Assembly (NCBI GenBank): GCA_963792805.1
Contig: CAWBXN010000003.1
Location: forward strand, 38,879 to 102,878
Direction of reading: 5' to 3'
Length of the DNA: 64,000 bases
Source of the DNA: an uncultured Actinomycetota bacterium
GTDB lineage: Bacteria; Actinomycetota; Actinomycetes; Jiangellales; Jiangellaceae
Within the stretch, counting starts at the first letter, position 1. Each line of letters starts with the position of its first letter. The notes under the pieces are model-generated. The model had not been told where the DNA came from. It was given only the letters and a program-made list of their open reading frames with translations, and did no database searches. The position numbers and the translations under genes are program-made. Shown one piece after another: positions 41,733 through 51,866 of the stretch.

Positions 41733-43907
41733 CTAGCCGGTGCTGGTGGGTGCGACCTCCTCGGCGCCGCTGCCACCCTCGCCGCCCTCTCCGCTCTGGT
41801 CACCCTCGCCGCCCTCGTCGCCCTCGTCACGGCGAGCGGCAACGACGCCGATCACCCCGGCGACGACGATCAGGGCGATGCCGATGAGCACCCGCGGCAG
41901 CGTCTGCGGCAGGTTGCCGTCGGCGGCGTCGACCCGGAACTCGTAGGCACCGGCGAGGACGGTCCCCTCAGGAGCGTCCTGCGGGTCACCGCCGTAGGGC
42001 AACGGCGAGGTGTGCGCCATCTCCACGAGGCCCACCACGCTTGCCTTGACCTTGATCAACGCCTCGTCGGCGTTCTTGATGGCCTTCTTGCCCTTCTCCG
42101 CCGCAGCGGTGACAGACACGACCACCTCGGCCAGGAAGTCACCGAGGACGCTCTTGGCATCACCGATGCCGGCCCCGATCTGGTCCAGGCCCCCCGTGAT
42201 GTTCTGCCCGCCGGGTGACTCCAGCACCGCCGTCACCACCGCCGAGATCACTTCGTCCAAGGTCGGCAGCTCCACGTTGCTGTCCGCCAGTCCCTTCCCG
42301 ATGATCTTGAGCTCGGCCGACAGCCCCTCCAGTGCGCCGGAGAGCGAGTCCAGCACGCCGACGAGGCTGTTGGTCACCGGGATCAGCGTGGTGATCACCC
42401 CTGGCAGCTGCCGGTTGAGGGTCGCCAACGCCTCCGCTGCGGGGACCAGCTGCTCCGCATACTGGTTCAGCTGCCCGATGGCGTCCTGGATCTGCGGGTC
42501 CTGGAACAGCTGGACCACCTGCTTGACCTGATTGCACTCCGCGTTCGTCAGCGGGCGGCCCAACGGCGGCGGGAGTGACGGCCTGAGTTTCTCCGGGATC
42601 GCGCAGTAGGTGTTGATCGCGCCCGAGAGGATCACGATGTTGTCCACGATGCGCTGCAGGTAGGGGGCCAGCTCGGCCAGCTGAGCCGCCTGCTCTGGCG
42701 TGAACCTCTTGGCGGCCGCGTCGAGCCTGTCCAGGGCGTCGCTGTCCTGGATCGTCTGCAGCTCCGTGTTCAGGTCGCTGAGCAGCTTGGACAACTCGTT
42801 GACCAGTGCCGTGGCGCCTTCGGGGTTGTTCGGGTCCACGAGCTCGGCCGTCGTCTGGAGGTTGGTCCCGAACTCGTTGAAGAAGTCGTTGATGTTGCCC
42901 TGGAGCACCGTGAGCGGATCGGGTGAGCCGTCATCGGCCGTCAGCTGCTCGATGCCCTGGATCAGCTGCGCAACTCCGGCCTGGATCTGTGCGACCGCGG
43001 GGTCCAGGTTCGGACCTTGAACCCCGAGCCCGGTACCCCCCTCTTCCTGCTTCTCCTTGTTCTTGTCATCTGGCTTGGGGATGTAGATCGGCGCGACCTG
43101 CATGAGCATGCTCGGGACGATCGCGTCCTGGACGCGGGCCGCCCAGCCGAATGTCGCCGTCCCGTCTGCGGACAGTGGCCGGAAGGGCAGGGTGATGAAC
43201 TGGATCTGGGTGTTCCCACGACCGTCGGCGCCGATGGCGCCGCCCTTGACGCTCAGGCCGCCCCACGACTGGGGGACGAGCTGCTTGCCGAGCCCCACCA
43301 TCGGGACGTCGGCCTCGACCTTCGTCTTGACCTTCTTGCCCGCCAGGTTCTCGACCTTGACCGTCTTCTCCTCGGTGGAGAGGTTCGTCAAGGTGTACGT
43401 GGCGGTGACCACGCCCGACTTGCCCACCAGGTCGTCCGCGCTGATGGGCTCGCCGTCCAGGGTGAACTCGGCATCGAGCGTGACCGGCGGCTCCCCGTCC
43501 TGAGGGAACAGCGACACGGTCCGAGCCACCCCGACGCCGTCCTGGACGTCCGCCGTGAGCGTGGCGATGCCGTCCTCCTGCGGCGGTTGGTCGAAGGTGA
43601 TGAGGCTGCGCAGAAGGTCGCCGTCCTCCGGGATCGGGACCTCAGCATCGCCGTCCTCGGGGCCCTGCACGACCAGCTGATTCACCGTCCAGCGGAAGTC
43701 GGCCAGCTCGGAGTTCGGCTCCGCGTCCGCGTTCACGCGGATCTGCATGCTCTGACCGAGGGAGAACTCCCGGTCGCTCGGCTCCGGCAGCGGGGCGTCA
43801 CCGTCGTTGGCGAACGCGGCGAGCGGGGCAGCAGCAAGGCCGAGTGCGGTGATGCTCGCAACGGCTGCCTGAGTGCCCCGGCGGCGTGTGAAGAGGTTGC
43901 TGCTCAC
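41733..43907 (-). CDS. hypothetical large secreted, C-terminally membrane-anchored protein with a helical L-x-x-G repeat region
   Basis: GTG at 43907 (GTGA overlap with the upstream stop; GGAGG 8 nt upstream), within ORF 41733..44201. Signal peptide AVASITALGLAAAPLAAFA. Beta-rich N-terminal half. Helical repeats (LSGALEGLSAELKIIGKGL...). TM helix VLIGIALIVVAGVIGVVAA. Acidic Gly/Glu tail. Confidence 0.6.
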   Translation of the reverse strand: MSSNLFTRRRGTQAAVASITALGLAAAPLAAFANDGDAPLPEPSDREFSLGQSMQIRVNADAEPNSELADFRWTVNQLVVQGPEDGDAEVPIPEDGDLLRSLITFDQPPQEDGIATLTADVQDGVGVARTVSLFPQDGEPPVTLDAEFTLDGEPISADDLVGKSGVVTATYTLTNLSTEEKTVKVENLAGKKVKTKVEADVPMVGLGKQLVPQSWGGLSVKGGAIGADGRGNTQIQFITLPFRPLSADGTATFGWAARVQDAIVPSMLMQVAPIYIPKPDDKNKEKQEEGGTGLGVQGPNLDPAVAQIQAGVAQLIQGIEQLTADDGSPDPLTVLQGNINDFFNEFGTNLQTTAELVDPNNPEGATALVNELSKLLSDLNTELQTIQDSDALDRLDAAAKRFTPEQAAQLAELAPYLQRIVDNIVILSGAINTYCAIPEKLRPSLPPPLGRPLTNAECNQVKQVVQLFQDPQIQDAIGQLNQYAEQLVPAAEALATLNRQLPGVITTLIPVTNSLVGVLDSLSGALEGLSAELKIIGKGLADSNVELPTLDEVISAVVTAVLESPGGQNITGGLDQIGAGIGDAKSVLGDFLAEVVVSVTAAAEKGKKAIKNADEALIKVKASVVGLVEMAHTSPLPYGGDPQDAPEGTVLAGAYEFRVDAADGNLPQTLPRVLIGIALIVVAGVIGVVAARRDEGDEGGEGDQSGEGGEGGSGAEEVAPTSTG

Positions 43908-44497
43908 TGGGAGGCCTCCATCTGCTCGGTGCCGGCATCGGTATCGGCCTCTTTGGCGGCCTTCTTGGCCGCCTTCTTGGCGGCCTTCTTCTCCGCCGCT
44001 TCCTCGTCGCTGGCCAGGAAGGTCTTCATGAGCACGCCGACGAGGAACCCGAAGCCAAGCGGCAGCAGCGACTGGCCGATCGCGATCGGGGCGCTGATGT
44101 TGATGCCCTGTGGGTCCAGGTTGAAGACGTTGGCGTAGACGCCACCCATGGTCCCGGCGCCGATGACCGCAGCGAGGAAGTCCGAGGTCCGCCCTGTCCA
44201 CATGGTGGCGAGCGCGATCAGGATGGTGGGGACGACCGCACCGAGCATCAGGCCGAAGTTGTTGTCGGTGAACGCCGCTGCGCCCAGGACGAATCCGAGG
44301 GCACCGATCAGGACGCCGGCCACGATGTACAAGCCCCGCCCCACGAGCTTCGTCCCGGGCAGGTAGGCAGCCGCCGCACCCCCTCCGACGCCGATGCTCA
44401 TCGTCAGCAACGTCCCTGCCTGGACAAGGTCCTGCAGGGCGAAGATGACGAGATAGGCGACGACGAGGGCCCCGGTCAAGGCCCAGATTCTCCCCAT
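43904..44497 (-). CDS. hypothetical polytopic membrane protein with Lys/Ala-rich tail
   Basis: ATG at 44497 (AAGGAG upstream) inside ORF 43904..45448. About 5 TM helices. Tail EEAAEKKAAKKAAKKAAKEA. Translationally coupled to 41733..43907. Confidence 0.6.
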   Translation of the reverse strand: MGRIWALTGALVVAYLVIFALQDLVQAGTLLTMSIGVGGGAAAAYLPGTKLVGRGLYIVAGVLIGALGFVLGAAAFTDNNFGLMLGAVVPTILIALATMWTGRTSDFLAAVIGAGTMGGVYANVFNLDPQGINISAPIAIGQSLLPLGFGFLVGVLMKTFLASDEEAAEKKAAKKAAKKAAKEADTDAGTEQMEASQ

Positions 44498-44665
44498 GAC
44501 GTGCTCCTTCCGTGGCGCGACGGTGCGCTGCTCGGGAGAAGATAGCGAGAGTGTGGACCGATTCGCCGGACTTCGGGTCAAGTCACCGACTCGTGACACG
44601 CCCCCGACCGGGACGTCCGCCGCGCCACGCCCTGACCCCCGGCCACCACGGTTGCGTAACCTGGC

Positions 44666-46024
44666 GTGATGGCCGAGGCGGTGACGCCCCAGATCGAGCC
44701 TCGGGGGTTCGTCGCCGGGCTCCGGGTGGTGCTGCGCGGGCAGTCCTACCGGCGGTTGCTGGCGGGTCGTCTCACCAGCCAGACCGGCGACGGCGTGCTC
44801 AACGTCGCGCTGGCCTCCTACGTCTTCTTCTCCCCGGAACGGCAAGCCACGGCCGCCGGCGCAGCCGTCGCGTTCGCGGTGCTGCTGCTGCCGTACTCGC
44901 TGATCGGCCCCTTCGCCGGCATCGTCCTGGACCGGTTCCCGCGCCGCCAGGTGCTGCTCGCCGCCGCCGTCACCCGAGCGACCGTCACCGGTCTGCTGGC
45001 GTCCCTGGTGGCCGGTGGCTTGGGCGACGGCGGGTTCGCCGTCATGGTCCTCACGGTGGTCGGGCTCAACCGCTTCTTCCTCGCCGGCCAGGGGGCAAGC
45101 CTGCCTCGGGTCGTCCCGGGCGACGAGCTGGTGATGGCCAACGCCGTGACTCCAACGCTGGGGACCGTGGCCGCGATGGTCGGCGGTGTGCTGGCCTTCG
45201 GGCTGGCCCGCCTGGTCAGCGCGGGGCAGTCGCCGGCACTCGCCCTGGCAGCGGCCCTGTTCGCGCTGGCGGGGCTGCTCACCCTCCGACTGGACCGGGA
45301 CCGCCTCGGACCGGACCCAGACGAGGTCGCCGCCCAGCCACCGCTCGGCGGCGCCGCCCGAACCGTGGTGCTCGGGCTGCTCGCCGCCCTGACCCACCTT
45401 CGGGATCGGCCTGCCGCGGCTCGAGGGCTGGCGGTGATGGCCGCCCACCGCGCCGCCTTCGGCTTCGTGTCGGTGACCACCATCGTGCTCTACCGCAACG
45501 TCTTCCTCCCCGGGTCCGCCGAGGCGCAGGTAGGTGCAGCGCTGGCGGGGCTGGCCGTCGCCTTCACCGCGTCTGGGGTGGGCTTCGGGCTGGCCGCCGT
45601 GCTCACCCCCGTCGCCACGCGCAGGTTGCCGGTCCGAACCTGGATGGTCTCTCTGCTGCTGCTGGGAGGTGCCGCGGTGGCCATCCCGGCGGCCAGTCTG
45701 GCTCAGACCACCGTCGCCCTGGCGGCCTTCCTCCTCGGCGTTTCGGTCCAGGGAGTGAAGATCTGCGTGGACGCGATCGTGCAGCGATGGGTCGACGACG
45801 GCTACCGCGGCCGGGTGTTCGCCATCTACGACATGCTGTTCAACCTGGCGATCGTGGCCAGCGCCGGCGTCGCAGCGGCCGTCCTGCCCACCGGGGAACG
45901 CCTGGCCGAGGTCGCGCCAGCAGCACTGGCCGGCGTCAGCGTCCTGCTCGTGGTCACCGCCGTGGTCTACCGACGCCGCGAGCCGTCGGCCACGCTCTCA
46001 CTGTCCCCGGGCGTCATCGGCTGA
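44666..46024 (+). CDS. MFS transporter
   Basis: ORF 44666..46024. About 12 hydrophobic helices. N-terminal YRRLLAGRLTSQTGDGV and the loop DRFPRRQVL are typical of MFS proteins. Confidence 0.85.
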   Translation: MMAEAVTPQIEPRGFVAGLRVVLRGQSYRRLLAGRLTSQTGDGVLNVALASYVFFSPERQATAAGAAVAFAVLLLPYSLIGPFAGIVLDRFPRRQVLLAAAVTRATVTGLLASLVAGGLGDGGFAVMVLTVVGLNRFFLAGQGASLPRVVPGDELVMANAVTPTLGTVAAMVGGVLAFGLARLVSAGQSPALALAAALFALAGLLTLRLDRDRLGPDPDEVAAQPPLGGAARTVVLGLLAALTHLRDRPAAARGLAVMAAHRAAFGFVSVTTIVLYRNVFLPGSAEAQVGAALAGLAVAFTASGVGFGLAAVLTPVATRRLPVRTWMVSLLLLGGAAVAIPAASLAQTTVALAAFLLGVSVQGVKICVDAIVQRWVDDGYRGRVFAIYDMLFNLAIVASAGVAAAVLPTGERLAEVAPAALAGVSVLLVVTAVVYRRREPSATLSLSPGVIG

Positions 46025-47482
46025 GCGGGCCTGCGCGGCCCACCACGCCCGCAGCGCCTGCTCGGCTGCCCCCGGCTCCATCGGCCCGGCCTCCAGCCGC
46101 AGCTCCATGAGGTATCGATAGGCCCGGCCCACCTCCGGGCCCGGGCCGATCCCCAGGATCGCCATGATGGCGTTGCCGTCCAGCGCCGGGCGCAGGGCGG
46201 CGAGCTCTTCGCGTCCCTGCAGCTCGGCGATGCGCAGCTCGAGGCCGTCGTACGAGCGCTGGAGCGCTGCGGCCTTGCGCACGTTTCGCGTCGTGCTGTC
46301 GGCGCGGGTGAGCACATGAAGCCGGGACAGCAGCGGGCCGGCGTCGCGGACGTAGCGTCGGACCGCCGAGTCCGTCCACTCCCCGCTGCCGTAGCCGTGG
46401 AAGCGCAGGTGGAGCTCGACCAGGGTGGCCACGTCGTCGACGACCTTGGTCGGGAACCGCAGCTCGCTGAGCCGCTTGCGCACCATCCTGGCGCCCACGA
46501 CCTCGTGGTGGTGGAACGTCACGCGCCCGCCATCGGCGAACCGCCTGGTCCGGGGCTTGCCGACGTCGTGCAGCAGCGCCGCGAGCCGGGTCACGAGATC
46601 CGGGCCGCCGGTCCCGACGCGCCCCTCAAGCGCGATGGCCTGCTCCAGCACCGTGAGGCTGTGCTGATAGACGTCCTTGTGCCGATGGTGCTCGTCGATC
46701 TCCAGCCGAAGGGCAGGGAGCTCGGGCAGCACCACGGCAGCCAGTCCGCTCTCGACGAGCAGATCGATCGCCGCCCGGGGATGGCGGCCCATAAGCAGCC
46801 GGGACAGCTCGTCGCGGACGCGCTCGGCCGAGACGATCTCCAGCCGCGAGGCCATCGACACCATGGCCTGCACCGCCGCCGGGTCGACGTCGAATCCCAG
46901 CTGCGAGACGAATCTCGCCGCACGCAGCATGCGGAGCGGGTCGTCGCTGAAGGACTCCTGGGCAGGAGCGGGTGGCCGAAGCAGGCCGGCGGCCAGGTCG
47001 CGGAGCCCGTCGAACGGGTCGACGAACACCGCGTCGGGCATGGTGATCGCCATCGCGTTCACACTGAAGTCACGGCGGTGGAGATCGCCGTGCAGCGACT
47101 CGCCGAACACCACCTCCGGCTTGCGGGAGGTGGGGTGGTAGCGATCGGCCCGGTAAGTCGTCACCTCCAGGACCAGGCTGTCCTTGCGGGCCCCGATCGT
47201 GCCGAAGGCCTGCCCCACGTCCCACGTGGCATCGGCCCACTCACTCAGCACGGCCTCGGTCTGCGCCGGGCGAGCAGAGGTCGTGAGGTCGATGTCGCGC
47301 TCCGGGTGCACCGGGTCGACCTCGACGCGGTCCAGCAGCATGTCCCGTACGGACCCGCCCACGATGGCCAGCTCGTGACCGGCATCACCGAAGCGGCGCG
47401 CGAGCGGGCCCAGCACCGGCTCGAGCGCCAGCAGGTGGCCCACGGCGCGCTCGCGGGCCCGACGGACAGCGACATCACTCAC
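45998..47482 (-). CDS. cca: CCA tRNA nucleotidyltransferase / poly(A) polymerase family
   Basis: ORF 45998..47482. LAIVGGSVRDMLL nucleotidyltransferase motif, RAARFVSQLGF, and HD region LLHDVGKP. Confidence 0.9.
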   Translation of the reverse strand: MSDVAVRRARERAVGHLLALEPVLGPLARRFGDAGHELAIVGGSVRDMLLDRVEVDPVHPERDIDLTTSARPAQTEAVLSEWADATWDVGQAFGTIGARKDSLVLEVTTYRADRYHPTSRKPEVVFGESLHGDLHRRDFSVNAMAITMPDAVFVDPFDGLRDLAAGLLRPPAPAQESFSDDPLRMLRAARFVSQLGFDVDPAAVQAMVSMASRLEIVSAERVRDELSRLLMGRHPRAAIDLLVESGLAAVVLPELPALRLEIDEHHRHKDVYQHSLTVLEQAIALEGRVGTGGPDLVTRLAALLHDVGKPRTRRFADGGRVTFHHHEVVGARMVRKRLSELRFPTKVVDDVATLVELHLRFHGYGSGEWTDSAVRRYVRDAGPLLSRLHVLTRADSTTRNVRKAAALQRSYDGLELRIAELQGREELAALRPALDGNAIMAILGIGPGPEVGRAYRYLMELRLEAGPMEPGAAEQALRAWWAAQARSADDARGQ

Positions 47483-47541
47483 AGGCGAGAAGGGTAGAGC
47501 GCAACCGCGCAGGGCCGGAGAAGCGCACTACCCTGGCCGCC

Positions 47542-48000
47542 ATGGCTGGCCCGGCACGGCGCCTCCCCGTGCGGCGGGAGACCTCGGCCGGTGGTCTGGT
47601 GGTCGACCGCCTGGACTCCCCGACAGCGGGTCTGCTCATCGGTCGACTCGACCGAGCGGGAGCGCTGTCGTGGACCCTGCCCAAGGGCCACCTCGAGGAG
47701 GCCGAGCACGCCGAGGACGCTGCCGTGCGAGAGGTCCGCGAAGAGACCGGCGTGCGGGCGCGGGTCATGGCGCCGCTCGGTGGGATCGACTACTGGTTCG
47801 TCGCCGGTGGCGTGCGGGTCCGCAAGCACGTGCAGCACTTCCTGCTCACCTACATCGGTGGCGAGCTGTCCACCGACGACGTCGAGGTGCACGAGGTCGC
47901 CTGGGTGCCGCTGGCGGACCTGGACGCCCGGATGAGCTATCGGAACGAACGCACCCTGCTGGCCCGGCTCCCCGAGGTGCTCCATGGGGTGGCGCCATGA
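47542..48000 (+). CDS. NUDIX hydrolase (MutT4-position)
   Basis: ORF 47542..48000. Nudix box GHLEEAEHAEDAAVREVREETGV. Confidence 0.85.
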   Translation: MAGPARRLPVRRETSAGGLVVDRLDSPTAGLLIGRLDRAGALSWTLPKGHLEEAEHAEDAAVREVREETGVRARVMAPLGGIDYWFVAGGVRVRKHVQHFLLTYIGGELSTDDVEVHEVAWVPLADLDARMSYRNERTLLARLPEVLHGVAP

Positions 48001-50108
48001 AGGCCCCCACCCGGACCGTGCTGGCCTTCCTCGCCGCCTTCCTCGGGACCTGCCTCGTCCAGCCCTGGCCGGTGACGGCACTGGAGCCCTCGCAGGACCC
48101 TTCCGGTGACCCCACTGCGGCCCGCGTGCTCCTGCAGGACGTCGCCCCGGCCTCGCCTCGGCCCGGACAGGCGGTGGTGCTGTCGGGCAAGGTCCGCATG
48201 CTCCCGGGCGTCGCCTCCGAGCTCGGGACCGACGAGCTCCTCGACCCGTTGCTCGTGCTCCGCACGAGTGGCGACCCGTTGGAGCTTCGCGCCGACGTCG
48301 CCAGGGTCGCCGAGGAACCGCTGTTCCGGTACGGGGTGGCCGGCTTCGACATCACCGCCGCGGTGAAGGACCCCCTGCGCCTGGGCGAGGCCCAGGACTT
48401 CCGCCTTCGGGTCCCGATGAAGGACCTCGGCCTGGTGGCCCCGGGCGTCTACGTCATAGGCGTGGACCTGCTGGCGACCTTGCCCAGCGGCGTCCGCACC
48501 TTCGTCGGCTCGGCCCGCACCACCGTGCCGGTCATCGACAAGGACCAGGAGCCGGCCAGGCTGGCACTCATGTGGCCCCTGAGCGCCGCCCCGTCACTGC
48601 TCATCGGCGACGAGCTCGCCGATGACCGGCTCGCGCGGGCACTGGAAGAGGGCCGACGCCTGCAGCGGCTGGTCACCGCTCCCGGCGGGTCCCCGGTCTC
48701 CTGGCTCATCGACCCGGACCTGCTCGCGACCGCCCAGGTCATGGCAGCGGGCTACCAGGTGCGGCTCCCGCCCGGCCCGGGGACCGGGACCGAGGACGCG
48801 CAGCGATTCCTGACCGAGCTGGGCAGCGCGGTGGGCCGAGGCGACGTCTGGCGCCTGCCGACCGCTGACCCCGACCTGGCCGGCCTGGTGGCTGCAGACA
48901 CCTCCCCACGAGCCGCCGGGGACCTGCTCGAGCAGGCGCTGACCTCACCGGAGGACCCTCTCCTGGACCTCAGCCCGGCGCTGGTCGCACCCGCCTCGGG
49001 CAGCCTGACCCCGAGGGTGGTTCGAGCGATCGAGCAGAGCGGTGCGCCCCTGGTGATGGGCTCGGCCGACGGCGTCGACCCGGCCCTGCCGGGGGTCTCC
49101 GGCACGCTGCTCAGTCGGAGTGGTGCCGTGGCCGGCGACCTCGTCCGCACCGATCCCGGTCTCTCGAGCGCCGTGACGGCGAAGTCGAGGGATGCCACCC
49201 GCGCGCTGTCCATGCGGCAGCGGCTGCTCGCCGAGGCGGCGATGCTGGCCCTGGCCGAGGACGACCCACGCGCTGTGATCGCCCCGCCGCTGCGGTGGTC
49301 ACCGCGGACCTCCATCACCGACGAGGTGCTGAGGACCTGGCAGGAGACCCCGTGGATCGAGCCGGAGCCGCTGACGGCGCTGCGCAGCGGTGACGAGAGC
49401 GCTGCGCCGACGTTCTCGCCGATCGGTGGTGGGCCCCCACCGGATCGCCTCGATGCCACGGTCGCCGCCACCAGCAAGGCGGTCACCCTCGACGCGCAAC
49501 GGCTGAGCACGCTCTTCCCGGATCCCGCCGGCCTGGCCGCGGGCTACCTCGCGTTGGGCTGGCGAGCGGGTTCGACCGCGTGGATCGACGCGCCCGGGGC
49601 CGGCCGGCGGTTCGGGGCGGCCGCCGACGCCGTCCTTGCCGAGCAGGAGGCACGCGTGCGAGTCGTGCTGCCGGCCTCGATCACGTTGTCGGGACGCACG
49701 GGCCGACTTCCGCTCACCGTCGTCAACGACCTCACCGAACCCGTGCAGGTCACGGTGCGGCTCGACTCAGCCAACGCCGACCGACTCAGCATCATCAGCA
49801 CTGGGCCCCTGAACCTCGATGCCGGGGAGAAGCGCACGGTCACGGTGCGGGCCGAGGCGGCCGCCGGTGGGCGGGTGCCCGTCCAGGCTCAGCTCGTCAC
49901 CGCCAGCGGTGTGCTGATCGGGAGCCCGGTGCCGACCACCGTCGACGTCACCGATGCCGGCTTCATCGGCTGGGCACTGGTCGGCTCGGCTGGCCTGCTC
50001 CTGCTGGTGGCCGGGGTCCGGTTCCGCGCGAAGAGCAGCCGCGGCCACGACGCCGACGAGCTGGCTCCGGTCCCCACCGGTTCATCGCGGCGCGCTTCGG
50101 GCGACTGA
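47997..50108 (+). CDS. large secreted conserved hypothetical protein (Rv3909-position, DUF6049-like) with C-terminal TM anchor
   Basis: ATG at 47997 overlaps the NUDIX stop (ATGA). In frame with ORF 47670..50108. Signal peptide VLAFLAAFLGTCLV. C-terminal TM helix GWALVGSAGLLLLVAGV. Family name assigned by synteny and memory. Confidence 0.6.
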   Translation: MKAPTRTVLAFLAAFLGTCLVQPWPVTALEPSQDPSGDPTAARVLLQDVAPASPRPGQAVVLSGKVRMLPGVASELGTDELLDPLLVLRTSGDPLELRADVARVAEEPLFRYGVAGFDITAAVKDPLRLGEAQDFRLRVPMKDLGLVAPGVYVIGVDLLATLPSGVRTFVGSARTTVPVIDKDQEPARLALMWPLSAAPSLLIGDELADDRLARALEEGRRLQRLVTAPGGSPVSWLIDPDLLATAQVMAAGYQVRLPPGPGTGTEDAQRFLTELGSAVGRGDVWRLPTADPDLAGLVAADTSPRAAGDLLEQALTSPEDPLLDLSPALVAPASGSLTPRVVRAIEQSGAPLVMGSADGVDPALPGVSGTLLSRSGAVAGDLVRTDPGLSSAVTAKSRDATRALSMRQRLLAEAAMLALAEDDPRAVIAPPLRWSPRTSITDEVLRTWQETPWIEPEPLTALRSGDESAAPTFSPIGGGPPPDRLDATVAATSKAVTLDAQRLSTLFPDPAGLAAGYLALGWRAGSTAWIDAPGAGRRFGAAADAVLAEQEARVRVVLPASITLSGRTGRLPLTVVNDLTEPVQVTVRLDSANADRLSIISTGPLNLDAGEKRTVTVRAEAAAGGRVPVQAQLVTASGVLIGSPVPTTVDVTDAGFIGWALVGSAGLLLLVAGVRFRAKSSRGHDADELAPVPTGSSRRASGD

Positions 50109-50109
50109 C

Positions 50110-51804
50110 ATGGAGGAGAACGCCGAGACGCCCGACGGCGAGCGCGCCGGCCGACTGGGTCGCGCGACGCTGGTGATGGCGGTGGGCACGGTCATCTCGC
50201 GTGGGACGGGATTCGTCCGGGCCGCGGTGATCGCCGCCACCTTGGGTGTCGGGCTCACCGCCGACCTGTTCAACATCGCCAACGGCATCCCCACCACGAT
50301 CTACCTGCTGGTGGCCGGCGGCGTCCTGAACGCGGTCCTGGTGCCTCAGCTAGTGCGATCGATCCGCAACGACGCAGACGGCGGGCGGGCCTACGCCCAG
50401 CGGTTGTCCACGGCCGTGCTGCTCGTGCTGTTCGTGGCGACGATCGCGCTGGTCATCGCCGCGCCATTGGTGGTCCGCCTCTTCCTGGACCCACGTTTCC
50501 TGGAACCCGACCTGGCCGACCAGTACCAGGCCACGGTGGACTTCGCCCGCTACTGCCTCCCGCAGGTGTTCTTCTACGGGCTCTACACCCTGCTCGGGCA
50601 GATCCTCAACGCTCACCACCGCTTCGGGCCGATGATGTTCGCCCCGATCGTGAACAACCTCATCGCCATCGCCATCTTCGGCGGCTACTTCTTCGTCTAC
50701 GGCCCGTTGGACCCGTACTCGGGCGAGTACAGCGACGCACAGATCGCCTGGTTCGGCCTCGGTTCGACCGTCGGGATCATCGCCCAGGCTCTCGTCCTGC
50801 TGCCGGTGCTGCGCCGTGTCGGCGTGCGGCTCCGGCTGCGTCGCGACCTGCGCGGGGTCGGGCTGGGCAAGGCCGCGCGCCTGGGTGCCTGGACGCTGGG
50901 GCTGATCGCGGTCCTGCAGGTCACGAACATCGTGGTGACCCGCCTGGCCACGAGCGCCGTGGCCCAGGACCCGGAGGGAGCCGGCTTCTCGGTCTACACC
51001 AACGCGTTCCTCGTGGTGATGGTTCCGCACTCGATCATCACGGTGTCGGTGGCGACGGCGGTGCTGCCGGACCTGTCCGAGCTGGCGTCGCAGGACCGGC
51101 GGTGGGAGGCCAACGCCACCGTGGTGCGCGCGCTGCGTCTTGCCCTGGCGCTCATCGTCCCGTGCGCCGCGCTGCTGGTAGCGCTCGGCCCGACGGCCAT
51201 GGCGGCGCTCTTCGGCTACGGCGCAGCCGCCGCCGACCAGGACCTGCTCGTGGTGGCGCTGTGGCTGTTCGCCCCCGGGCTGATCGGGCTGACGATCCAC
51301 TACGTGCTGCAACGGGGGTTCTACGCCTACGAGGACACCCGGACGCCGGTCTTCATCCAGCTCGCCATCGCCGCCGTGCAGATCCTGCTTGCCTGGGCGG
51401 TCGTGCCGACGGTGGAGACGACGTTCGTCGCAGGTGCCCTCGCAGCCGCCTGGTCGGTGGCCTACCTTGCCGGAGCCGGGGTGAGCGTCGCAGTGGTGTC
51501 CAGGCGGATCGGGCGCCTGCCCGTCGGCTCGCTCCTGTGGCTGCTGGCCAGAAGCCTGCTGGCCGCCGGACTCAGCGCGTTGGTCGCCTGGCAGGTCAGC
51601 GTGTTCGTGCTCGTGCTGCTCGGGAGCACGACCCTGCAGGAGGCCGGCGGCGTCGACGCGATCGTGTCGTTGACCATCGCCGGCATGGTCAGCGCCGCGG
51701 TGTACGCCGGCGCGGCGATGCTGCTGCGGATCGAGGAGATCCGCCGGTTGGCCGACGGGGTGCTCCACCGTCTCGGCGCGTCCAGCGGCAGCGGCGAGGT
51801 CTGA
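50110..51804 (+). CDS. murJ: lipid II flippase MurJ (MviN)
   Basis: ATG at 50110 in ORF 49954..51804. LVMAVGTVISRGTGFVRAAVIAATLGV...FNIANGIPT is the MurJ opening. About 14 TM helices. Confidence 0.9.
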   Translation: MEENAETPDGERAGRLGRATLVMAVGTVISRGTGFVRAAVIAATLGVGLTADLFNIANGIPTTIYLLVAGGVLNAVLVPQLVRSIRNDADGGRAYAQRLSTAVLLVLFVATIALVIAAPLVVRLFLDPRFLEPDLADQYQATVDFARYCLPQVFFYGLYTLLGQILNAHHRFGPMMFAPIVNNLIAIAIFGGYFFVYGPLDPYSGEYSDAQIAWFGLGSTVGIIAQALVLLPVLRRVGVRLRLRRDLRGVGLGKAARLGAWTLGLIAVLQVTNIVVTRLATSAVAQDPEGAGFSVYTNAFLVVMVPHSIITVSVATAVLPDLSELASQDRRWEANATVVRALRLALALIVPCAALLVALGPTAMAALFGYGAAAADQDLLVVALWLFAPGLIGLTIHYVLQRGFYAYEDTRTPVFIQLAIAAVQILLAWAVVPTVETTFVAGALAAAWSVAYLAGAGVSVAVVSRRIGRLPVGSLLWLLARSLLAAGLSALVAWQVSVFVLVLLGSTTLQEAGGVDAIVSLTIAGMVSAAVYAGAAMLLRIEEIRRLADGVLHRLGASSGSGEV

Positions 51805-51866
51805 ACCAGAAGCCACTTACCATAGAGCCTCGGGTCGAACCTCGCTCGAGGCTCGGCGCAGGAGGA

